DNA of 64,000 nt. It comes from Tubulanus polymorphus. Lineage: Eukaryota > Animalia > Nemertea. The translations under genes and the position numbers were made by a program. The notes below the pieces were generated by a model. It was not told the DNA's origin and ran no database searches. It worked only from the letters and a program-made list of their open reading frames with translations. Below, in pieces: positions 41,501-53,500 of the stretch (within the stretch, counting starts at the first letter, position 1; each line of letters begins with the position of its first letter). The stretch spans positions 8,030,485 to 8,094,484 of the forward strand of contig NC_134027.1 of assembly GCF_964204645.1 (NCBI RefSeq), written 5' to 3'.

Positions 41501-44500
41501 TTACGTCTGGTGACAAATGCGGATGGATAATCAATACACACCAACTCGAAGTGACTGTTGATGGGTTTGTTAAATGTGGACATAATCGACTCGGTTCACC
41601 TAAGCATCCGTACTTAGTTAAAACAGTTTCTCAACGGAAATCTTCATAGGAAATGCTGACCAACGGATTACGTACTTTTTAAGAAACCGGTTGGTTAGTG
41701 TTGCTTGGTGTGAACCCGTTTACGCATGTATTTACCGCAGGAATCTATCTTCGGGGTAATTAAATGATGGCGATGATGATGATCACCGACCAGTGAAAAC
41801 TAGCCTGATTACTGGCCAGCTAATTCCGATCGGTAGAGTGGTAAATTAGCGCCAAGCGCGGCTGTAAAATAGAAAACTAACGGCAAACGCTATACGCCAG
41901 CCAACCTGATTGGTTAGATTGTGTCCATATTTACGAAGTATTCACATTAAGACTCGCTGATACTACTCGTCATTGTTCGTGATTGTTCGATTATTATGCA
42001 TTTATTAGTTGTAAAGGAGTATGATTACGCGAGTGAGTATGCACGGGGTTAATTCACGCGTCATCATCGACGTGTTGTAACTTCAATGTATTTGTCGTCA
42101 CACACTGCGTGGCAGGTTCTGTCAGGACATCTGATACGCGTTTTGCGCCTTTAAAAAAAGCGATTTTGCGGAATTTTTCATTACCGGCGTGAATTCCTGG
42201 TCCGGCGAAAAACTGTGTACACGCGGTAAAAACAGTTTCACATTCATAAAGCGACAATTTTTCTCGTGCGTTCGATATTTTTGATGTATAATTTATCTAT
42301 ATTTTATGAAAGAAATGCAAGATTGTTGAAATAGGTACGCCTTGTATTATCGGCGAGAAAAGCTCAGAATACACTTGAGGATTTAATCAGAAATGTTTCG
42401 GTGAAATGCAGAAAAAGTGTCATCCGAGGATATCTGTGCGAATCTGTCGGCATCGGAGAATTTGTTAAAATATTCATACATCTTTCGCGACGCTCGTTTC
42501 GCATTCGACGAACGAACATCCCAAGTATCGAAGGGTAATATTTCACCGACTGTTTTACACCCGATATCACCGATCTCTCACATCGTCGTGCGGCGACTGA
42601 CAGACAGACGGCCCGAGATTAAACAAACTTAACCCGCTAGTTGATTGATATATCTCTTCACCGGCGGAAACATTCGAGCACAAGGTTCAAATAACTCGTC
42701 TGATTATAACGAACTTTCCGGCGGTCAGTTGAAGGTGTATCATCGGGAAAGTTGTGTCGAATTAAGATTCATTCGGAGATAGTGTTCGTCTTATTTGAAG
42801 TTCTCATGGTTCTTGTACAAATAGAAGGAAGCGTATGCGGATCTGTTAGAATCGCTCTCAATAAATGCCGTTTTCAATCGTTGAGGTCCTAACTGATAAT
42901 TAGCGATGGATCTTAACGATTTTTCTCCGGAAATGCTCGCCGCGTTTCTAAACCCGAATTCAAACTCGACGGGCGGCGAGTTGAAGCTGATGCTCGGCAA
43001 CTATAGTTGCCTCGAGTTGCAGTTGCTGTCGTTGTCGGCCGACGTCATGTCGCAAGAGGAGGTCTTCAAGCGTAAGGTAATCAAATACTACCTTATGGGT
43101 ATCGTCGGGTTGATCGTGTGCGCGTTGGGAATCATCGGGAATATCGTTTCGTTCGTCGTCATCATTAAACTCGGAATGCGGACAACGTCGACGTATATCT
43201 ACCTCGGCGCGTTGGCCGTTTGCGATTCGTTAGTTTTGATATTCACGACGATGATGGTGACGAAAGACGTTCGTTATCCCGAACGCAACAAACCGGAATG
43301 GATGGCGACACCGAACGACGGCGATCCGTATCCGTACATGTTCCCGTACGTGCATTCATTCGACGTGATGTTCCAGGTGACGGCGATCTGGCTGACGCTC
43401 GCGTTCACCACCGATCGATTCATCATGATCTGTCATCCGTTCAGCGCCGAGAAACTGTGCACGCCGAGTCGCGCGTGGAAGGTCACCGCCGGACTCACGC
43501 TCGCCGGGCTCGTCTACAACCTGCCGCGCTTTTTCGAATACAAAACCATCGCGATGGTCATCTGCGATGTACGGACGGTCAACGCCGGATTCACCGAGTT
43601 CGGCAAGAGCGGCACGTTCCGCATGTTGTTCCACTCGTGGTTCTATTTGATATTCGTTTGCGGTGTGCCGTTTCTCGCGCTGGCGATTATGAACTCGTTT
43701 TTGATCGTCGCCGTGCACGAGTCGCGACGACGCGGCCGAGAGATCTGCGCCGCCGAACGCAAACGCAACGATACGACGATCATGTTGATCGGCGTCATCG
43801 TCATATTCTTCATCTGTCAAGTGCCGGCCCTCGTTTCGCGCATGTTGTGGGCGTTTAACCCCGACCTATCCAGCACGCCTTTATACATACTGAACGAAGT
43901 CTGTAATTTTCTTGTCATTTTAAACTCGGCGATAAACATCGTGCCGTATTACTTCTTCGGTAAACGTTTTCGTAAACAGTTCTGGAAGCTTTTCTGTTGT
44001 TGCGTGGTGAACCGGTTGGTCGCGATGCGGCGTTTGTCGCTGTCCAACACGAACTTGGAAAATTCGGGCGTGAACACCACGTGCACGAACGGCACGGTCG
44101 TGCAGATGTCGTCGGTGCCGAAGAAAAAACCGTCGGAGCTGATGTCGCGAAACAGCAGCAGCACGGCGCTGCTGCAGCATCAGGACAGCGGGTCGCTGTC
44201 GAGCGCCGGACGCAGCAACCAGTCGAGTCCGACGACGTTGAAAAACGAGGCCGAATTAAACGGCAATTATAAAGACAAATCCAGCGAAATGCCGTTGATT
44301 TCAGTGAAACCGCAGCTTAAAGATAACACGGATTGTGCAGACGTGATGTTATAGTAACTTTAATATGTCTCGTACTTGGAAAACAAGATACCATTCGAGC
44401 TATCAGTTGAAAAGACATTACATGCATTGTTCACTGATAAGGGAAGTGGATATCAGTTGATTTCTTAAGTTTCTATGAATTGGAATAAATTCCAGTAATT

Positions 44501-47500
44501 ATAATCAGTTCATCCAATTTGATTCAATACTTTCATCCTTTATATCATTTGTAGCCACTTTTTCATCCAGATCGCTTTTGCCCTCATACTTCAATTAATT
44601 GGGAAATATGCGAGTATTGCTTTAACGTCAAACTTTCATTTTTGATGGTTTATTATTGCTATTTCTTATCGCGAGCAATATGATCATCATGTGAAGCGAG
44701 TTCTCTTTTGTTTCAGGCCATATTTGGCTATTAGCGGCAATCTTCTTTTGATCTGACAAATGTTTTGTTTCAAATTAACTCAATCAAGTTAAATACGAAG
44801 GCCAAATATTTACGTTGCGCATATATGCTCGGTCACATCGCAAAAAAATTGTGTCAGCCGCTATCGTGTTGGCATGTTAGAAATGTAATTAGCTTTATTA
44901 ACATGGGTTATAGTTGCTTTGGACTGTAAACTAGTTTCTCGTTCACATAGAATATACAAATATTTGAACTTTCTTGTAAACTGATGCATACGTTGAAATG
45001 AATGTCATAATTTTTCAAAAGAAAATATTATTTACGAAAATTTCTATCGTTTTAACGGCAATTGCCGAGTTCGTACTTCAGAGCGGCGTGCTTGTTAGTA
45101 TCGCGGTATCGCCGCGGTCGATTGGGCATTCAAAATTATCGCCTCGGTTTTCCTCGGAAATCCTCTCGATCGAGCGTGTACGAATTCATGGAAATTTACA
45201 CTCGAAAGATTTCGTCTCTCCCCGAACGGGCAATCGAAATTCTCAACTAAAACCGCGTTGATTACGGCGTTTGTTGTTGATTGTGCTTTCGCGCCGGTGG
45301 AAAATAATGACGTACGCCGCGTATTCTGATGCATGCTCGAAATCTTTTTTCTTCAAATCTCAGATCCCCCGAAGTCACAATTTCGTACTGAACTGTAAGA
45401 CTAAATAAGCCTGTGCTATGCTACTGTTTCAACCAGTTATTAATACGCTATTGTGGCCTTGATTTCTAATGAAATTTCTTTCTTAATGGATCTTGTACGA
45501 TATACAACCCATTAGGCCCTTTAAGGGTAAAGAAATCATAGGAAAACAGTTATTTTACTTATTTCATCAGTAAGTGTGGCTAAGGTTTACAAGGAGCTCG
45601 GTGCTGGTTCATGCATAAGTAATCAGCACACCAACAATTTGATTTAGTTAATCTCTTGTACATTCTATACTCATACTATAGAATGGTTAGCCGTCTATTT
45701 TTCTTTTCCGTAAGATGTAACTAGCATATCGTATCTCTTGTTGGCAACGTTTTCAGAGAGTTCCTGGTTTGACAAAAGATAGATGCTAATGTTGCCTCTG
45801 TAGAACGGGAACGCTTTGGGGCATAGCTTATAAAAGCTAATTTTATTGCTAGTTTATATCAATTTGCTAAAGATAATGTATATCTTTGATGACGAAACTG
45901 TACTGGATATGAGACGAGAAGATACACAATATCCGTGTAAGAAGATAACAAGAGAAATCCCACAATAAGTTCAGCCAAAACGAGAAACTTGAATAGAAGA
46001 GTTATATATATTTGCGCAACGTTTCGGCTAAAGACTATTAGCCATCATCAGGCGTACTGAGTACAGGAGAATATTACAAGATATAGAAATTACAAATATC
46101 TAGATATTACAAATATCTTGTAATATTCTCCTGTACTCAGTACGCCTGATGATGGCTAATAGTCTTTAGCCGAAACGTTGCGCAAATATATATAACTCTT
46201 CTATTCAAGTTTCTCGTTTTGGCTGAACTTATTGTGGGATTTCTCTTGTGTACTGGATATCATACATGTTGATTGTGGATCTTATATCATGTACATAATA
46301 ATGGTATATTGTATTATATATCATCTGGATAGAAATTTATACATGTTACATTTATGATGTTGATATGAAAGAAGAAAGGAGAATTGTTGTATCAGCAATA
46401 AGAATAAAACAGATTTCTGCTCAAAATCTTCTATACATCTTTATACATTTTTAGCGTGAGATATATTTCTTTCAAATGATGAATTCTTCGCAATTGCAAT
46501 GAAAGTTCCGCTATGGAAACGCATTCAGCTTGCGTTCAAAAGATAAAAATGATGATTTTTACTCTATAACTTAGTCTAAAAAATGATGCCTGTTTCTCGT
46601 TGCTGCTGGGCTGAAAGTCGACCCGGCATCTATAGAAATGAACTGGGTACAAATTTTATTGCGCTTCAGAAAATGACCCGGCCGATGAGGAGAAACAAGG
46701 TATCATTTTTGAGCTGTTAGTTCAGGCTTTGCATTGTATTTGTTGGGATTATTGTATTTCCGTAGAATATTTTCAATCGTTAGCCGTTATAGCAGGCATG
46801 ATAACTGTGTCAACGGATTGATTAATCAAGACATCCTTTCTCTCGACGACGAAGCGTTTGAGATTTCGATTTCCTGCCAATAATGAGCGATAATCGTCGC
46901 ACGGCCACGAATAATAAATCCATACGCAGTGTAACTGTGACACGATCTGATCACTTTTTTCCCATCTGCGCACGTTTTTTTTATGGGCAGATTTATTTTC
47001 GACGCCGCCAGCATCTGCCGTCGATGTCTCCCCGCGTTTGCGCCGGAGATTGATAAAAATATACATCGATCGATGATAAAAAATTACGTTTTAGCTGATT
47101 CATAATTAAGGAGATAAAGAAAAAATGTTTGCTGATTAATCGGGCTTCGTTTTAATTAAAACTGGTCGGCTTCTAATATGATCTGCGCTTCATTCAGCTG
47201 TACGTTGAATTGATTTACTTTTTTCAAAATTTAGCATGAATCTTTGATGAATCGTTCAAAAGGACGCCCCGATCTGGAAAACCTGGAAAACTCAGGGAAT
47301 CAGAAAAATCTAGAAAAAAAAACAGGAAATTTGAAAAAAATTTGCAAAAAAAAACCTGGAAAACTCGCTGAATCCGTATGTACTATTGACCAAGCAATAT
47401 TCTATCGATAAGTGATTCATGAATAATGAAATGAATTGTAACATTTTAAACATTTTCTCTATTCACCTGCCAAAAAAATGAAAAACCTCATGAAAAATCC

Positions 47501-50500
47501 GGGGCCCGGTTTTATAGACTAGTATTGCCTTGAATCCAGGGGTCGGTTGCATAGTCATGGCTTAGACTTAAGATTTAAGACCACTTTTGGACTTAAGTCA
47601 CGACTGTGCAACTGGCCCCTGGGGCTAACTAAATTGATTGAATTGAGTTAGCCCGCGGGTTAAAGGTAATACCAGTCTATAAAACCGGCCTCGAGAAAAT
47701 TGGAGAAATTAGCACATTGGCCACCATGTTTGCATAAATCTTTAAGGAGGTATTTCTGCTGTTCAGCTGTAGCCTCCAGATCACCTTTCAGCCCCCCCCC
47801 CTTCGATTGATCGCAACACACAGATTTTCACGGTTTCAGTTGTCAGACTGATTACCTCGAAGGTATCACCTACTTATTTACCATTGCTTAAGTAGACGGT
47901 TATTCGAGCGGCGAGAGAATCAGGAGCTTTCAAAAGGCGTTCGTCAACGCGGTACTTAATGTGCAAATTTGCCATCGTTTGGAGGCTGTCTACGATTGAT
48001 CGAATGATCTAATTGATGTCATCGCATTAAGGCAGCTTTAATGGGTCTCTTTGATTACCTTTTAAATCGACAAAGACATCGACGAAGACATCTCGACTCG
48101 ATGTTTGTGGTATATTCGCGGTGAGAAAATGAGCTCTACGCGTGTCTGATATTTGAACCCGCGTCTCTGGAATTTAAATCTAAATTCTTTGAAATGTAAC
48201 CCGTCGAGTGCAATTTTATGCGTTCTAATCTCGGCCTCCATCTCTTGGCGAATTGTCTTGGAGTGGCGATAAAGCCGCAACCGGATCACGACTTAAGTCG
48301 CGGTCAAATTGGCGCGGATCAGGCCCAAGTCATATTTGGCTAGTGCTTAAGTAGAGAGCACGATCATGCGTAAACTCGGAGTCACTCCTGTAACCACTTG
48401 CAATTCACACGCATTGATTTACCCCTTGCCTCAGGCCTGGTCTGGTGTTCTCTGTGCTAAACTATGGGCCCATTTGGCACCTGCCTGAATAGTTTTTTGG
48501 GCCAAAATACTTGTGTGGTCGCGGCTTATAATAAAATTCATCCTTGAAAATAGTGAATTACAGTCTAATTGATTTCTTTGAGTCACTTCAGGCTCATCAG
48601 GTATTCTACAGAAGGACATATAAGCCTGCTGCAGAAAAAAACAACTATTTAGAATATGAATACAAGATTTACACAGATCAATAGGTGTGACAGTAAAACA
48701 TTCTAGAATACATTCAGGGTATACCAGGCACCACTAGTGATTGACAGATAGTAATTAATGTCATGTTGTTTACATACTGATAAATGAAGATGTCTTCTTG
48801 TCATCATGTCTTGGAATATGCACACCTGAACAGTAGACCTCCATTTGAATATTGAAATGTCTTTAGTAGTGACATGAGCCAGGGAAACAGGGAGACACAA
48901 ACATGGCCTTCAAACATGTTTGTTCTCGAAAACATCTTTTAACTAGACTATGTTTCTCGTAAACGTACATGACACAGAGAAATGCTCAGAAACATGTTTC
49001 CGTCTCCTGATTCCCCGTATTGTGTGTGTTTGGCTTAATTGTCTACGTTTATTATTATCTACCCAATGATCATAGTACTCAGCTGGCTGTAGTAAATCTT
49101 TTGCTTCCCGAAGAAAAAGAATATCGGTTCAGTATCTTATTTTAACGATTGTACGCTCGCAGCTATTATGATTAAACTACCGTTCAACTTTCGTCGGTAT
49201 GGATAGCTTTAACCTCTGTCTGTAAGTTCAGCATCGAATTTCTAATTTAGATTTCCCAGTAAAATAGAACGATTCTGCGCTAGACAATTTCTAACAGGTT
49301 CCAAAAAATACATACATCTTCCTTCGGGCTTTGCAGTTGCTAACAGGACTAGTTCACAAGTTCACGCATGATTTTGTCTCGCTGTTGATCATCGATAAGT
49401 GAAAGAATTGGAAACTGAGTACCATTAAATTGGCTTCAGGATAAGAAATGTTGATTGAATATTGCTTATTTATTCACCCAACAAACCTCCGTCATATCTC
49501 CGCACGTAATGCATATACAGTACTCTGCTAACTCTTTACCTTCAGTTGACAATCCAATTTCGTCATGTGTTTGGCATGGTCTATTTGGTCGGCCTTTTGT
49601 CGAGGAAAGCCATGGGAGTTTTCTTCAATTAATTTTCATATTTTTTCTTAGCAAGGTGAGTGAGCACTTCGCGCTGCTGTGATGTAATCAATGAGCGAAA
49701 TCTCCCTCCGGACATAACGACAAATATAAGCCCCTTGAAGAGCGACTCCTGTATTTTTCTGGACGTTCAATTTCTGAGGCGTTTTAATGTCTCGCTTTCA
49801 TAGATTTTCTTCATTCATGGTCCTCTTGCTACTTTTGCTCGAATAATTATATAAACTTTTTGCGATCAGAAACGACTGAATATTTTTATAGGTTTTTCTG
49901 ACATGTAATTATAGTTTCGTCAATGCAGCTGCTAAATACGTTCGAGTTTAGTTTTGAATTAGCACAAATTGATCCGATCGTAAACAAAGATTATCTGAAA
50001 AACGGATTCTCAATTTTCTCTAGGGATATTAACAGTAAAGCAAGGTTCAATATTCCAGGATTTATGTGTTGGTAGCAGATGATAAGAGAATGCAGTTATG
50101 GGTCTCATAGATGTTGAAGCAAAAAAATTTGAAATTTGTCACTTATAACCATAGTTTCTCATTGTTACTATGGTGGTTGTAACCCTGATTTAGGAGTTAT
50201 CCCTAGGGATAACTTCGATACCAGTCTATGAAACCGGGCCCAGAAATTCAAATTTCCAATGTCCTTGGTGAGGCGAGAGCGACAATCAGATTTTTTGAAT
50301 AACCCCAGCCTCCGGTAGCTGTCGACGCGTCAACCCGCGAACTGCTGATATGATACGAATTGACACGTTACTGACATTCATATTTCATAGCTGATGCTTC
50401 ATCAGTAATTAATAGAGACTTTAGTGTCAGGGATACGTTATCCCGTGTACAAGCGAAGGTTAATGGTGGGTAATGTGAATCTGAATTCACAGTTCAGAGT

Positions 50501-53500
50501 TTGGTTAATGAAATTTGATGCGTGGCGGTACCGCGCAATTACATTTGTCAGAAATGTGTAACCACATAAGACACCAGACAACGCGACAGAAAGCGATGAA
50601 AATCGAAATTCCAGTTGAAAGGTGATGTATAGAATATATCAAACCTGGGACACATGAACTTGTCGGTGAGTTCATGTTCATTTGAACACAAATGGAATTA
50701 GGGAAACACAGGATCAAACATGTTTGATCTCGGAAACATAGTTTCTAAAAAACCACGTTTCTTGTTTCCCGTAAATGCACACGACGCAGCGAAACGCTCG
50801 GAAACATGTTTCCCCGCGTTGTGCGCGCCGGGCGTTACTGATATCAAGCACTCACAGGGCCCATTATTACTCGTCTTACTCGAAAGATATTCATCTTGTT
50901 ATGAGGACGTTATTTAAAGAAAAGCTACAGCTCAATAACACGACTGGGACCTATTTATGCCATAGAACCAGACTTTAAATGAGTTTCACTGATACATTCG
51001 GGAGCTAAAATGTCTGAACACTTAGATTATTACAAACTGAATTTATTTGCTCATCGGTGTTATGGTAATGTTGTTGTTTGTCGCGATAGACATTAAATAT
51101 AGCCTAACCTTCGAAACGTCACATATAAGCCGGCAGGTGGGATGTAAGTCATCAGAAATGCCAGATCCCTCTTCGTAAACACGAGAATGATTTATGTCCA
51201 TTAGGAAGACTTGTTTGTGAGAAGAATCTTTATCATTATTCTGAGATTCTCATTTTGTCGCGTGTTGTTTCGCGTAGGACATTAATGGCGTTTTCTTGTC
51301 TGTTTTTTTGCTGACGACCAGCGTGTTAAAGAGTAGCTATCAATTGACGCAGTCGACAACTTCAATTTGTACTTAATGACTACCTCTCTGCTCTTATACG
51401 GATTACATTCGAATTCACGCGGGGAGAAAAACGCTTGAATTCAACACGTTTCAGCCATTAATGTCTTCAATCGAACTCTATTGAGAGCATCGCAATTTGA
51501 ATGTTTAAGCATGTGTTAAAGACATGACAGTAATTATCATTTGTCTGAAGTTTTGATCAAAGATATCCGACTCGATATGAAAATCTGTATACATTTTTCC
51601 AATTGCGAATACTCTCATATTCCATACCGGTAGATCTTTCTTAATCCGTTGTCAACACAAAAAAATGTTGCCAATAAAACTTATTTTGTTTAAAAACTTG
51701 CCCTTTATTTGTAATAAGCCAATAAGATTTTTTGCTGATGTATATTTGCAGATTTGGCGTGTTGGAGTCACTGAACCACGATATGTGGCATTCTCCTACC
51801 TCCGTCCATGGATTGTACATGGTTACAAGAACCTGAAAGGCCGCGCTAAGCTCATTGACAAGTCTATTAAGGTAATGGAATATGTCTAGTTTACTTGTCT
51901 TTCTTACGACCAGATTGTATGCATAGGTGAGATTGTATGCATAGGTGAGATTGTATGCTAGGTGATTCTCATTCTGTATCATTCTTGTCAGCGTTTTGCG
52001 CGTTAAACATCGACTTATCTTGGTAGGCTCCTGATAAGTTTTGAAAAAAGGACCAAGTATGATAAAAATGATAAGAAATGGTATTATATGAATACCGGTA
52101 GCACTAGCTACGTCTACACTAGCTCATTGTACCCGGGTTTCAATGTACATCGGTGTGACAAAAATCCACGTTCGCAGCGAGTAGCGTCTACACGTAACTC
52201 AGCTTCGGTAGTACAAACCAACTCTGTCATTCGATATCAATTGTGGAGCTCTAACGCTTCATTGAACATGAGTAGAAAAAATGCAGCAGAGTTGCATGCG
52301 AACGCAGGTTTAAGTTGCAGGGGTAAGTTGCTCAAAAGTTAACCAGTGGATAGTTGAGTGATAATTAGAAATTTATTGTTACTATGGTATTTATTCGCCG
52401 GTTATCTTTAGCCAACTCTTTAGCAACATGCCCCTGGTTTTGCGGTAAGCCCGTGTTTCTAACGTAGTGTAGACGCATAACCCGGGTATAAGAAGCAAGT
52501 GTAGACGAAGCTATGGCATCAGACAGATTAACATACTACTGTTAAGAGAAATTATTCATATACACTGAAAATGAAATTGTCCATATATGTACCTGTATTA
52601 CCATCTCTTTACACACGCCTATTTACATTATCGAGTCTATATTATAATATCGTAGGGGTTAAAATTTGTATCACGTACTGCGGTGAATTTATGGCTTGCA
52701 TTGATGGCTACTTGAGATTTTTCTATTGAAAATTCATTTCCGGTTGTCAAGATGTTAGATTTGAAATGAAACAAAACGTGTCTAAAACGAGATGTGAAAT
52801 TCGATGAAATAAGATTTGCTCGCCACCTGATGGGTCTTTGCCGTATTGAAGATATCTTAAGTACATTAAGACAACATAAACATGTCCCATACCCATGAAT
52901 TATTTTTCTGAAAATCTGTCAGGGAGGTGGATACAGCAGTGTTTCTTTTGTACAGTCATGAAGTCATGATCCAACAGGGAGGTGCAAGTATTTCCCTGAT
53001 TACAATTGAGGGATGGCGGTCGATTTGTTACTACAGGCATGTTCTCTCAATAGAAAGACTTTACTGGGGTGGGACTCTGAAAGATGGGGGGAGATATAAC
53101 AACATACGTGATTGTACAATTCTATGATGCTCCAACAAAATTTCAATCAATCAAGAAAAGAGGCGTTCCTCTGAGCTTAAAAATCCCTGTGGTTTCCTAT
53201 AGATTTTAAGTCATTTATCCCATTGATAATGCTAATAGTGTACAGTTTTATTTGTAGGATTACGACTCATGTGTATCAACATATCTAAGGGACCCATCGG
53301 CAGAAACCAATACCAGTAAATACTTCAGTTTTTCTGCTATCGATCTATTAATCTATTATTTGATTTATTTGTTCCTTGACGTAACTTATGTTTATTATAC
53401 AGGCACTGAAAGTAACAATGACTGTGATGATGTTGTCGTTCTGCAAGATGCAGAAGGCAAAGGTATAGTATATATAATACGTATTGATTTGCTGATGATC

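Larger units (their letters stand above)
45911..46248. mobile_element. Penelope-like pLTR palindrome with 12-bp TSD
   Basis: Arms 45948-46084 and 46113-46249 are exact reverse complements (137 bp). TGTACTGGATAT is duplicated at 45899-45910 and 46249-46260. Each arm holds a hammerhead. Confidence 0.85.
11527..51751 (+). other. Giant 40,225-nt phase-0 intron of GTF3C1
   Basis: GTGAGT donor and polypyrimidine-GCAG acceptor. The flanking exons join in frame and are contiguous in the homologous protein. Confidence 0.85.

Noticed and set aside
43220-44272. Alternative-frame and antisense ORFs over the GPCR (212, 154, 91, 86 and 71 aa)
   Set aside because: Expected shadows of GC-rich codon usage; no recognisable domains.
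48560-48603. Minus-strand CTGATGA...GAAA hammerhead-like core
   Set aside because: Helix II does not close against GAAA, and helices I and III are absent.
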